From Terriglobales bacterium (GTDB lineage Bacteria > Acidobacteriota > Terriglobia > Terriglobales > Acidobacteriaceae): a stretch of 64,000 bases of DNA. The position numbers and the translations under genes were made by a program. Position 1 is the stretch's first letter. The number at the start of each line of letters is the position of its first letter. Shown piece by piece: positions 51,824-61,095 of this stretch. The notes under the pieces were generated by a model, which had not been told where the DNA came from, searched no databases, and was given only the letters and a program-made list of their open reading frames with translations. The stretch spans positions 80,257 to 144,256 of the forward strand of contig JAICSO010000010.1 in assembly GCA_025936825.1 (NCBI GenBank), in the 5' to 3' direction.

Positions 51824-53365
51824 ATGAAGCAGCACCCCTTGTGCACTGATTGTGAAGACAAGATCACGCCGATGGATTTGCCGATCCCGGCTGGGCTGAA
51901 ACACGAGTGGTCGAAATGCGAATCGCGTCGCCAATTTCTTGGACGCACCGGCAAGGTCCTGGGCTGGGCAGCGCTGGCTAGCCTTTTCGGCGAGGTGGGT
52001 CTTTATCATCGGGCCTTGGCGGCGGCGGAAGCGGCATCCGGAAAGGACAATCTCAGACTTCCCCATTTCGCGCCCACAGCGAAGCGCGCCATCTACCTTT
52101 TTATGTCGGGTGCGCCGCCGCAGGTGGATCTGTTCGATTACAAGCCGAACCTTACCGCTCAGTTCAATGCGGACATGCCCGCGTCTGTTCGGGGTAATCA
52201 GCAGTTGACCGGAATGACCGCCGGCCAGGCTCGCTTTCCGATCGCTCCCGCGCACTGGCCCTTCAATCAACATGGGCAGACCGGAACCTGGATCAGCGAC
52301 CTGCTTCCTCACACCTCGCGCATGGTGGATGACCTCACCTTTATAAAATCCACGAACACAGATGCGATTAACCACGAACCCGCCATCATGCTGATGAATA
52401 CCGGCAACATGAATGCCGGCAAGCCGTGTCTTGGCGCGTGGCTCGCATATGGCCTTGGCAGCATGAACGACAACCTGCCCACGTTTGTCGTTCTTCAGAC
52501 CAAGACGAACCCGAAGGAGAACAATCAGCCGGTTTCGTCACGTTTGTGGAGCAGCGGTTTTCTTTCTTCTGAATTTTCAGGCGTAGGCCTGCGGTCGGTA
52601 GGCGATCCCGTGCTTTACCTCGAAGATCCTGCTGGCGTCGACCGCGAAACGCGGCGCAAGATGCTGGACGCGGTAGAAGAAATTAATCGCCAAACGCTCG
52701 CCGAAGTCGGAGATCCGGAAACCAATTCGCGAATTGCTCAGTACGAGATGGCGTTCCGCATGCAATCTTCGGTGCCGGAATTGACGGACCTCAGCAAGGA
52801 ACCCGAGTCGACGTGGGAACTCTATGGTCCGGACGCGAAGGAACCAGGAACATTTGCCTACAATTGCCTGCTCGCGCGGCGCATGGCCGAACGCGGCGTC
52901 CGCTTCACGCAGGTTTATAAGCGGGGCTGGGACGTGCACGACAACGTTGTCGGGAACTTACCCGTGCTTTGCCAGGAAACAGATCGAGGATGTTATTCGC
53001 TAGTCACCGATCTCAAGCGCCGCGGCTTGCTCAACGACACGCTCGTGATCTGGGCGGGCGAATTTGGGCGCACCGTTTACAGCCAGGGTGGACTAAGCCA
53101 GGAAAACTATGGACGCGACCACCACCCGCGGTGCTTCACGGTGTGGATGGCCGGCGCGGGTGTGCGTCCCGGCGTCACATATGGGGAGACGGATGAGTAC
53201 AGCTACAACGTGGTGAAGGACCCGGTGCACGTGCGCGATTTCAACGCGACCATTCTTCATTGCCTCGGAATCGACCACAACAAATTCACTTACAAGTTTC
53301 AGGGCCTGGATCAAAAGCTCACCAGCCCGGTGCCGGCGTTTGTGGTTCAAGGGATTTTGGCGTGA
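51824..53365 (+). CDS. DUF1501 protein (sulfatase / alkaline-phosphatase-superfamily-like), Tat-exported
   Basis: 513 aa with GAGGA upstream of the ATG. The Tat-type motif is SRRQFLGRTGKVLGWAALASLF. LPHFAPTAKRAIYLFMSGAPPQVDLFDYKP and ...VIWAGEFGRT...GRDHHP... are the characteristic DUF1501 blocks. It starts 7 nt after the DUF1553 gene stop. Confidence 0.85.
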   Translation: MKQHPLCTDCEDKITPMDLPIPAGLKHEWSKCESRRQFLGRTGKVLGWAALASLFGEVGLYHRALAAAEAASGKDNLRLPHFAPTAKRAIYLFMSGAPPQVDLFDYKPNLTAQFNADMPASVRGNQQLTGMTAGQARFPIAPAHWPFNQHGQTGTWISDLLPHTSRMVDDLTFIKSTNTDAINHEPAIMLMNTGNMNAGKPCLGAWLAYGLGSMNDNLPTFVVLQTKTNPKENNQPVSSRLWSSGFLSSEFSGVGLRSVGDPVLYLEDPAGVDRETRRKMLDAVEEINRQTLAEVGDPETNSRIAQYEMAFRMQSSVPELTDLSKEPESTWELYGPDAKEPGTFAYNCLLARRMAERGVRFTQVYKRGWDVHDNVVGNLPVLCQETDRGCYSLVTDLKRRGLLNDTLVIWAGEFGRTVYSQGGLSQENYGRDHHPRCFTVWMAGAGVRPGVTYGETDEYSYNVVKDPVHVRDFNATILHCLGIDHNKFTYKFQGLDQKLTSPVPAFVVQGILA

Positions 53366-54792
53366 GCGTCGGTGCCAAGGTCGCGAGCCAGTCCAGAGAT
53401 GTGTGGCAAAAAGCGCGCCAAGGTCGACGGCCACGGGTCGTACTCGGCGCTGCGACTGTGCTTGTACTGCTCTCGCTGCTCTTCTTGCCTTTGAATGGTC
53501 AGCCGCATGCTGACTGGCTTCAATTCTTTGGCCGTTTTCATCCGCTGCTAGTGCATCTTCCTATCGGGCTCATCGTGCTCTTACCGGTGCTCGAAATTTT
53601 AGGAACGCGGCGTCCGGCGTTGCGAGAGGCAGCAGGGCTTGTGCTGCAGTTGGCGTTGGCGACGGTCCTGGTTGCGATTGTCTTTGGCGCTCTCTTGGCT
53701 TATGGCAGTGGTGAAAGTGGGACTACGGTCACGCGTCACCTGCGCGGCGGGATCCTTTTAGCACTCGAGTTAATGCTGTGCGTGGCGCTTCGGCGCACTT
53801 GGCTTGAGGCGCAACACACACGTGCGTATTTCGTCATGCTCGGTGTGGTTTTGCTCACCCTTACCTGGACCGCTCATCAGGGTGGATCGCTCACTTACGG
53901 CAGCGGCTATCTGACTCGCTACATGCCGCCTGCAATGAAGAGGTTTGTCGCACCAAGCGCGGTTTCATCGCATCCGAATTCTTTTTTCGCCAAGCACATT
54001 TACCCAGTTCTCGACACCAAGTGCGTCTCGTGTCATGGCACCACCAAGGAGCAGGGCGGCCTGCGGCTTGACTCCTACGAGTCGCTCATGGCGGGGGGCA
54101 AAGATGGGATCGTGATCGCCCCACGAAATCCTGATGGCAGTCTCCTATTGAAGAAGGTGACGCTTCCTCCGAGCGATCCTCACTTCATGCCTGCCGAAGG
54201 GCGCGCTCCACTTACACCTGACGAGATTGCGAGAATTCGCGCATGGGTATCCGCGGGAGCATCCCCTGAGGCGCGCAGCGTTCCAGGTATTTTCATCGCT
54301 GGGGATGAAGAGGAAGCGCCACCGCCAGTCGGGGACTACAGCGCGCTCATGCCTCAGATTCAACAGATGCAGATGTCGCAAGGGGCCAAGTTGGTACCAG
54401 TTTCGGCGGAACCGTCGGATGGTCTGATCCTGCGCACAACCGATGTGGCTTCAACCTTCGACGACGCACAGCTGGCAAAATTCCAGAAATTTGCTCTCTT
54501 CATTGTTGAGGCGGAACTCGGAAGAACTGCAGTCACTGACGACAGTATTTCCACGCTTATTCAGTTTAAGAATCTCCGCGCTCTTCACCTGGAAGGGACA
54601 GCGGTGACTGGCCGAAATCTTGCCAAGCTCACTTCCCTCCCGCAACTCGCCTACTTAAATCTCAGCGCAACCAAGGTGTCCAGCGATGCACTTGGACCAC
54701 TGAAAAACATGCCCAATTTACGACACCTTTATGTGTTCAATTCGCCCGCAGAACCCGCGTCGGCAGATAACTCCGTCAGGAGCACCCAATGA
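53362..54792 (+). CDS. Membrane protein: DUF2231-like 5-TM domain + PSCyt1 c-type cytochrome domain + leucine-rich repeats
   Basis: The track ORF starts at 53260, inside the DUF1501 gene. An in-frame GTG at 53362 forms a GTGA overlap with the DUF1501 stop. The TM region contains FGRFHPLLVHLPIGLIVLLPVLEILG (DUF2231-like). FFAKHIYPVLDTKCVSCHGTTKEQGGLRLDSYESLMAGG is a PSCyt1 CxxCH domain. The C-terminal LRALHLEGTAVTGRNLAKLTSLPQLAYLNLSATKVSSDALGPLKNMPNLRHLYVFNS is LRR-like. Confidence 0.7.
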   Translation: MSVGAKVASQSRDVWQKARQGRRPRVVLGAATVLVLLSLLFLPLNGQPHADWLQFFGRFHPLLVHLPIGLIVLLPVLEILGTRRPALREAAGLVLQLALATVLVAIVFGALLAYGSGESGTTVTRHLRGGILLALELMLCVALRRTWLEAQHTRAYFVMLGVVLLTLTWTAHQGGSLTYGSGYLTRYMPPAMKRFVAPSAVSSHPNSFFAKHIYPVLDTKCVSCHGTTKEQGGLRLDSYESLMAGGKDGIVIAPRNPDGSLLLKKVTLPPSDPHFMPAEGRAPLTPDEIARIRAWVSAGASPEARSVPGIFIAGDEEEAPPPVGDYSALMPQIQQMQMSQGAKLVPVSAEPSDGLILRTTDVASTFDDAQLAKFQKFALFIVEAELGRTAVTDDSISTLIQFKNLRALHLEGTAVTGRNLAKLTSLPQLAYLNLSATKVSSDALGPLKNMPNLRHLYVFNSPAEPASADNSVRSTQ

Positions 54793-55826
54793 CAAACCTC
54801 AATCGGCGAAACTTCATGAGCGTGGCAGGGATTGCAGCAGGCGCACCCGCGATGTCGACGCTTGCCATGGCGGAAGAGAGCAAGGCAAAATCGCCAGTGA
54901 TGACCGGAAACGGAGAATGGACCTACGAAGTTGTGACTGAATGGGGATCGCTGCCGCCAGGCACGTCTTTCGGTGGAACGCACGGCGCGATCGCGCAAGA
55001 TAATGCTGGCCAACTCTATGTCAGCACTCAGAGCACGACGGGAGTGCTTGTTTATAGCGAGGACGGCCGCTTGATCCGCACCATCGCCAACAATTATCCA
55101 GAAGTTCATTCCATGGTTCACGCCGAAGAGAATGGCGAGGAGTTCTTCTACTCCACCGTACAGAAGGGCACGCCGGCAGAAAACTGGTTATTCGTCAAAT
55201 TAAGAACGAACGGGGCCGTCGCCCTGAAGATCACCGCTCCTCCGGAGGCTGGATTCAAGGCTGCGAATGAATGGCGCCTTACTGCGGCAGTGCCTGCGCC
55301 GGACGGTTCCATCTTCATCGCCAACGGTTACGGAGACTCGCGTATTTTTCGCTTCGATAAGAATGGCAGCTACAAAGGAACCTTTGCCGAAAAGGGGAAG
55401 TTGGAAGGCCAACTCGACTGTAGCCACGGGCTGACCCTCGATACTCGCTATGACCAGCCGCTTCTTCTAGTTTGCGATCGCGAAAACCGGCGCTTGTGCC
55501 ACTTTGATCTGGACGGAAAATATGTCCGCACTGTGACCCAGCACCTGCGCCGCCCGTGTCAAGTGAGTTTGAGCGGAGATTATGCGATCGTTTCTGAATT
55601 GGAAGGACGGGTAACCATCCTCGACCGGGACAACACACCAGTTGCTTTTCTCGGCGACAATCCGCTAAAAACGCAATGGGCGAAGTACGAACTCGATCCG
55701 CACGACATCAATGCCGGCGTATTTAGCGCGGCCCATGGCTGCTTCGTTGATTCTGATCAAAACATCTTCGTCTCTGACTGGAACCTGACCGGCCGTGTCA
55801 CCAAACTCAGGAGGCGAAGGATCTGA
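54789..55826 (+). CDS. Tat-exported six-bladed beta-propeller protein (NHL-repeat / PAL-like)
   Basis: 345 aa. The start forms an ATGA overlap with the upstream stop. The Tat signal is MTNLNRRNFMSVAGIAAGAPAMSTLAMA. Repeated blade motifs are present (GQLYVSTQSTTGVLVYSEDGRLIR, GSIFIANGYGDSRIFRFDKNGSYKG, LLLVCDRENRRLCHFDLDGKYVR, NIFVSDWNLTGRVTKL). Confidence 0.7.
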   Translation: MTNLNRRNFMSVAGIAAGAPAMSTLAMAEESKAKSPVMTGNGEWTYEVVTEWGSLPPGTSFGGTHGAIAQDNAGQLYVSTQSTTGVLVYSEDGRLIRTIANNYPEVHSMVHAEENGEEFFYSTVQKGTPAENWLFVKLRTNGAVALKITAPPEAGFKAANEWRLTAAVPAPDGSIFIANGYGDSRIFRFDKNGSYKGTFAEKGKLEGQLDCSHGLTLDTRYDQPLLLVCDRENRRLCHFDLDGKYVRTVTQHLRRPCQVSLSGDYAIVSELEGRVTILDRDNTPVAFLGDNPLKTQWAKYELDPHDINAGVFSAAHGCFVDSDQNIFVSDWNLTGRVTKLRRRRI

Positions 55827-55961
55827 AGGTTGGCAGCGAAAACTACATGTCGTGAATGCTTGATAAAAATGGATACAGAGGCTTGCATCCGCGAGCAGGT
55901 TGAGAGCGGAGAAAGCCCGGTGGCGCGGCCGCGTCGCTGACAAATCGAAAGTAGAGGAAAC

Positions 55962-58301
55962 TTGACCATACCTAGCGATTTCACTCGTAGAACATTTCTG
56001 CAATCGGCTGCACTCTCTGGTATCGCCGTGGCCGCTCCGAAGGCATGGTCGCTATCCGCAGCCGAATCTGCTTCCGACGAAGATCTCACGCAGTTTGTCG
56101 ACATTTTTATTGGCACCGGTGGGCACGGGCATACATTCCCTGGACCGACCGTGCCGTTCGGAATGGTGCAATTGAGTCCCGACACATGGAACGTCGACTG
56201 GGACCACTGCTCGGGTTATCACATCAGTGACACGTCTATCATGGGTTTCAGCCACACCCACCTGAGCGGCACGGGGGCAGCAGACTTGCTTGACGTCCTG
56301 CTCATGCCCGCGGTTGGACCTGTGCGCACTGAGCCAGGTCCGCGTGACAATCCGACCTCTGGATATCGTTCGCGCTTTTCGCATCAAGATGAACACGCGG
56401 AGCCCGGCTACTATTCGGTGCTGCTCAAGGACTACGGAATTCGCGCAGAGCTGACGACAACGGCTCGCGTCGGCCTGCATCGCTATACCTTTCCGGCAGA
56501 TCCGACGAGTCATTTCATCGTTGATCTCGAACACGGTGTTTGGAATTCCGACACCAAGCCGAATCCAACGCAGGTTCTGTCCGCTGAGATAAAGGTAGTC
56601 GGAAACGATACCGTGGTTGGCGGGCGACGCGTCGGCGCGTGGGCGAACGGGCGATACGTATTTTTCGCAATGCGCATGTCGCGGCCTTTCTCCAGTGCGC
56701 AAATCGTGGCTGACAGCAAGGCACTGGAGCCATCAGTAAACGAGGCGAAGGCGACGTCGCTGAAGTGCGTACTCTCTGTCCCGACCTCTCATGACGAAGT
56801 CATCCACGTTAAAGTCGGGATCTCTGCGGTGAGTGTCGAAGGGGCCTTGAGGAACCTGGAAGCGGAAGTTCCGGCATCGGACTTCGACGGTGCTAGGCGG
56901 GCCGCAAAGCAGGCTTGGCAACGCGAGCTATCAAGAATTCGGATCGAGACCACGCGTGCCGATCACCGGAAGATCTTCTACACGGCGCTGTACCACGCGA
57001 TGGTGGCGCCTTCGCTGTTCAGCGATGTTGATGGTCAGTATCGAGGGATGGACCTGCAGGTTCACAAGCTTCCTGCCGGCGAGAACAACTACACCACCTT
57101 TTCTTTGTGGGACACCTACCGCGCTCTGCACCCGCTCTACACGCTGATTCAAACCGACCGCCTTCCCGATCTGCTCAACACGCTGATTCGCATGGCGGAA
57201 CAGAGCCCTGCAGGAGTGCCGGTTTGGCCACTCTACGCAGTGGAAACCGGATGCATGATCGGGTATCACTCCGCGCCCGTTCTCGCGGAGGCGCACATCA
57301 AGGGCGTCAAGGGAGTGGATTATGCCAAGGCATATTCGCTGTGGCGAAAGCGGGCATTCGTCGACAATTACCGCGGACTGATTCAATATCGCGATCTCGG
57401 CTACATTCCGTGCGACCAGGAAGATGAATCCGTCAGCAAGACGCTAGAGTATGCCTACGACGATTGGGCGGTTGCGCATCTCGCGCGTGCCGCGGGGGCG
57501 ACCGAGGACTACAGGCTGCTGCTGCAACGCTCCCGCAATTACAAGAACGTGTTCGACGGATCGAGTACATTCATGCGGGGGCGTCTGGCAAATCATCAGT
57601 GGGCTGACCCATTCGATCCGCGCGGAATGGGGCACTCTAAAAAGTGGCGCGATTTCACCGAGAGCAATTCCTGGCAGGCCACATTCCTCAACCAGCATGA
57701 CCTTTATGAGTACATGAAATTGTTTGGCGGGGAGGAAGGATTCGTTCGCAAATTGGATGAGCTATTCAATCAAAGTTCTGAGCTTCCTCCGGATGCTCCG
57801 CCTGACATTGCAGGGATGGTCGGCCAATACGCCCATGGCAACGAACCTGGGCATCATGTTGCTTATCTCTACTCCTACGCCGGAGCGCATTACAAGACGC
57901 AGGCCCGCGTGCGATTTCTGCTAGACACAATGCATCATGCGGATCCGGACGGTCTTGCCGGAAACGAAGACTGCGGACAGATGTCTGCCTGGTACATCAT
58001 GAGTGCACTCGGGCTCTACGCGGTGGACCCTGTCAGCGGGAATTACGTTTTCGGGAGTCCGCTCTTTGATCGTGCCACAATCCAACTTGCAGGCGGAAAA
58101 CGATTGACGGTAGAAACTGTCGGCAACGGTGCCGACAGGCCATACATTCAGTCAGTGAGCTGGAATGGAAATCCGTACAGGAAGAGCTGGATCCGTCATG
58201 CGGACCTCATTGGGGGCGGAACCCTGACGTTCCACATGGGCGCACAGCCGAATACCGGATTCGGCGCAACGCCGGAAGACCGACCACCATCATTCGCATG
58301 A
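55962..58301 (+). CDS. GH92-family alpha-mannosidase, Tat-exported
   Basis: 779 aa. The TTG start follows AGAGGA. The Tat signal is MTIPSDFTRRTFLQSAALSGIAVAAPKAWS. FVDIFIGTGGHGHTFPGPTVPFGMVQLSPDT is the hallmark GH92 N-terminal block. GNEPGHHVAYLY and GNEDCGQMSAWY are the conserved C-terminal catalytic blocks. Confidence 0.9.
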   Translation: MTIPSDFTRRTFLQSAALSGIAVAAPKAWSLSAAESASDEDLTQFVDIFIGTGGHGHTFPGPTVPFGMVQLSPDTWNVDWDHCSGYHISDTSIMGFSHTHLSGTGAADLLDVLLMPAVGPVRTEPGPRDNPTSGYRSRFSHQDEHAEPGYYSVLLKDYGIRAELTTTARVGLHRYTFPADPTSHFIVDLEHGVWNSDTKPNPTQVLSAEIKVVGNDTVVGGRRVGAWANGRYVFFAMRMSRPFSSAQIVADSKALEPSVNEAKATSLKCVLSVPTSHDEVIHVKVGISAVSVEGALRNLEAEVPASDFDGARRAAKQAWQRELSRIRIETTRADHRKIFYTALYHAMVAPSLFSDVDGQYRGMDLQVHKLPAGENNYTTFSLWDTYRALHPLYTLIQTDRLPDLLNTLIRMAEQSPAGVPVWPLYAVETGCMIGYHSAPVLAEAHIKGVKGVDYAKAYSLWRKRAFVDNYRGLIQYRDLGYIPCDQEDESVSKTLEYAYDDWAVAHLARAAGATEDYRLLLQRSRNYKNVFDGSSTFMRGRLANHQWADPFDPRGMGHSKKWRDFTESNSWQATFLNQHDLYEYMKLFGGEEGFVRKLDELFNQSSELPPDAPPDIAGMVGQYAHGNEPGHHVAYLYSYAGAHYKTQARVRFLLDTMHHADPDGLAGNEDCGQMSAWYIMSALGLYAVDPVSGNYVFGSPLFDRATIQLAGGKRLTVETVGNGADRPYIQSVSWNGNPYRKSWIRHADLIGGGTLTFHMGAQPNTGFGATPEDRPPSFA

Positions 58302-58349
58302 ACAAGATCAGCTACTCTTTACGCGCCTAAAGCCGATTTCAGTTTGTGC

Positions 58350-58374
58350 TTAGGGCCGGATCTCCCGGCCCTAA
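58350..58374. terminator. Hairpin between convergent genes (possible bidirectional terminator)
   Basis: TTAGGGCCGG (58350-58359), loop ATCTC, CCGGCCCTAA (58365-58374). This is a perfect 10-bp stem lying between the GH92 stop (58301) and the PNGase-like stop (58382). There is no clear U-tract on either strand. Confidence 0.5.
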
Positions 58375-58381
58375 ACTCAAC

Positions 58382-60067
58382 TCAGTGGCAACCGGTGCTA
58401 ACGGATGTCAGCACATTGTTAGTCGATGCAATTTTGCAATCGTACGACTGCCCTTTCAAATCCACGTAGGTGTAGTGCTGCGAACTTGAAGGCGGTTGGA
58501 CGTCGGATGCTTGCGCGGCATTCGTGACAGCGGTGTATGTCCCGAGGTGTCCGTTCACCAGCGTGAGCTTGCTGTCTTGATATTTCTGCGATGTCGCAAC
58601 GGTGAAGCCGAACAACGAGTTCGCCACGGGAGCAATAAAGTCGACGCTGATCGGGAAGCTGAACAACTCCTGGGTTGTGGTCGACCCGGTGTTGTCAGAG
58701 ACGGTCGTGGACGACAGAACGCTGTTTTGAACGGATGTGTTCTGATCGATCACAGAACCGTTCACCGTGTCGAAGTCGATGGTCTGCGTGCTTGTGAAGT
58801 TCTGCTGCTGGGTTAATGAAGTGGCAACCTGACCATGCGATGTGTTGGCGTACCCCGCGATGGTGAAGTTCCGATTCGAAGTCACGGCGATCGCGCCAGT
58901 CACTGTCGAGGTGCCTTGCAGGTTCTCGCTTACTGCAGGGGAAGGCAACGTGAGCGTATTCTGCGTTACCGTGCCCGTTACCTGGCTGCTGCCGGAGTCC
59001 AGGAACAGCAGAAGCGAGGAGGTCATGCTGAAATAGAAATCATTGTTGAACACGCTTAGGGCGATCGTGTGCGGATTGCCATCGTTCAGCATTCCCACGA
59101 ACGGCGTAAGGTTCACTCGAAAAGGAACAAAGTCGAGCGTCTGTACTGCGGGGATAGGTCGCCACTGGTCTGGAAGGAATCCGGTGTAAACCCATGGCGA
59201 AACTGGAGCGATGCCCGCCGGCTGGCCATCGATCGAAATCTCGGTTTCGCGAAAATCGGTATTGCCACAACCATAGACTTCGTTGATGCCGCTCAAATCG
59301 TTGGGGAAGCATGCATACCACTGCTCATCCACGTTCTGACTCTGCGCGATGACGTCCAGATAAGCGCCCTCAATGTTCTGCGGCAAATTGAAAGTCGTAG
59401 TGAGTTGGTCGGTGGGCTGGAAAACATTCGCAGGAAGATTGATGCCGCCGCCGGAGTTGGTTTGTACCATGGGCAACACCAAGTCCGGGGTACGTGGCAC
59501 AGGGCTCTTCCCGTATCCCGGATAAAACTCAAGATCAGCACTCACGGTGAAGACCCCGTTCAGCAGCGTGTTATACGGCGCGCCGCAGTCGGTGGTGCAG
59601 TTCGCCAGCACGAACGTGCCCTGCTGTCCAGAGGTGAGCAGCGCGCTGTAATCGGTTACATCCCGTTCGATGTGCCAGGCATTCGGAGAAGAATGGATCG
59701 GCTCGGGAGTTGTTCCGAAGTAAAGGTTGTTATTCCCAAGGAACAGGCTTGCGGTGCGGTCGAATTGGCGGCCGGCGTTCTCGGAGAAATTGATTTCGAG
59801 TACAACCTTCTGCCACGGACCGGAACACCCAGCGGGTGGGTTGAAGGAGAAGTTCTGGGCGGTTTGCGAAAAGAACGCAAACTGGTAATTGGTGAAGAGC
59901 GGGACGACACAGGGTTGTAGGTGAGGCCGTGAGACAACAGGGTCAGCGGTGGCCGTCAGCGAAGTTCCAATCTGCCGGTTCGTGCTTTGCGCGAATGCGG
60001 GAACGCGTAGCGTTAGTGCGGTAGCAATGCACAGTAATGCGACGAGAGCATACTTCCTGGAAAACAT
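58382..60067 (-). CDS. Peptide-N4-(N-acetyl-beta-glucosaminyl)asparagine amidase A-type (PNGase A / PNGase H+-like) secreted protein
   Basis: 561 aa with signal MFSRKYALVALLCIATALTLRVPAFA. PCVVPLFTNYQFAFF...FNPPAGCSGPWQKVVLEINFSENAGRQFDRTASLFLGNNNLYFGTTPEP...WHIERDVTDYSALL follows the PNGase A domain pattern as I recall it (y.PP..C.g.W.kvvL......GRQfDR...l.lg.....r.sT.EP....W....DVT.Y..LL). Confidence 0.65.
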   Translation of the reverse strand: MFSRKYALVALLCIATALTLRVPAFAQSTNRQIGTSLTATADPVVSRPHLQPCVVPLFTNYQFAFFSQTAQNFSFNPPAGCSGPWQKVVLEINFSENAGRQFDRTASLFLGNNNLYFGTTPEPIHSSPNAWHIERDVTDYSALLTSGQQGTFVLANCTTDCGAPYNTLLNGVFTVSADLEFYPGYGKSPVPRTPDLVLPMVQTNSGGGINLPANVFQPTDQLTTTFNLPQNIEGAYLDVIAQSQNVDEQWYACFPNDLSGINEVYGCGNTDFRETEISIDGQPAGIAPVSPWVYTGFLPDQWRPIPAVQTLDFVPFRVNLTPFVGMLNDGNPHTIALSVFNNDFYFSMTSSLLLFLDSGSSQVTGTVTQNTLTLPSPAVSENLQGTSTVTGAIAVTSNRNFTIAGYANTSHGQVATSLTQQQNFTSTQTIDFDTVNGSVIDQNTSVQNSVLSSTTVSDNTGSTTTQELFSFPISVDFIAPVANSLFGFTVATSQKYQDSKLTLVNGHLGTYTAVTNAAQASDVQPPSSSQHYTYVDLKGQSYDCKIASTNNVLTSVSTGCH

Positions 60068-60224
60068 ACGTCACCTTCCTTGCAAGATGTGAAGCTGCCC
60101 CGGCGCGGGAATGTTTATCGCACCAGCGGCATGCGTTGTCAAGGACCTAGTGACTGAAACTCAATAAACCAATCATTTTATTGGTTCTCTGAGTTTGATA
60201 TGCGCACTTAAGCAAAGGCGGTGA

Positions 60225-61010
60225 TCACACTCTCTTCACGTCGATTCCGCGTTCACTAAACAAGGCAATGGTCTTGTCGGAAGCGCGATTGTCGGTGATC
60301 AGCATGTGAATGTCGGAGATGGGGCAGACGAGAGCCGGAGTGACCGCACCTAGCTTACTGGAATCGGTCACCACGATGACTTTCTTAGCCTGGCGGATCA
60401 TGGCGCGGAAGGTGAGCGCTTCTTCAGATTCAATTACCGTTACTCCGCGGACGGGGTCGATTCCGCACACGCTGACGAATACTTTGTCCATGTAAATATC
60501 GCTCAGGAAGTTGACAGCGGAATGGCCGACAAGAGAAAACGATCCTGCCCACTGGACGAAGCCGCCGGTAACGAATGTTCGTAATCCATCGCAGTTGCTC
60601 AATTCCATCGCGATGTTCACGGCGTTCGTAATCACGCGAATATTATGGCGATTTCGCAGGCTACGAGCGACGTGGGTTGTCGTCGTCCCGGCGGTGAACC
60701 CGACAGTTTCATTCTCCTGGATTAATTCCGCGGCGGCTAATCCGATGCGGCGCTTATCAGCGACTCGATGTTGTTCCCGGTTCTGGAATAGCGAGTCATA
60801 GCGGAATGGCTCGTAAAGGAGTGGCTCGATCAGGGTCGCTCCACCCGGAGTTCGGCGGATGAGTCCCTTCATCTCGAGCTTGGCCAGGTCCCGACGAACG
60901 CTGGCCGGCGAGGTGTGCAGGCCCTTCACCAGATCGTCTAGTGAAATATTGCCACGGTGCCGAAGCTCCCGCAGGATGGCATCGACACGCTTATCTCCCC
61001 TGAATTTCAT
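60225..61010 (-). CDS. DeoR/GlpR-family transcriptional regulator
   Basis: The track ORF runs to 61064. The ATG at 61010 gives MKFRGDKRVDAILRELRHRGNISLDDLVKGLHTSPASVRRDLAKLEMKGLIRRTPGGA (DeoR wHTH). A DeoR C-terminal sugar-phosphate sensor domain follows (...VITNAVNIAMEL...VTGG...VFVSVCGID...VVTDSSKLG). Confidence 0.9.
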   Translation of the reverse strand: MKFRGDKRVDAILRELRHRGNISLDDLVKGLHTSPASVRRDLAKLEMKGLIRRTPGGATLIEPLLYEPFRYDSLFQNREQHRVADKRRIGLAAAELIQENETVGFTAGTTTTHVARSLRNRHNIRVITNAVNIAMELSNCDGLRTFVTGGFVQWAGSFSLVGHSAVNFLSDIYMDKVFVSVCGIDPVRGVTVIESEEALTFRAMIRQAKKVIVVTDSSKLGAVTPALVCPISDIHMLITDNRASDKTIALFSERGIDVKRV

Positions 61011-61095
61011 CGGATTCGCCCCAATGTTGTGAACGGCAAAAGTGTACATCACACACCGAAGCAAAAGCGCAGCCGGTCCTTTCTGTAGTCAACAC

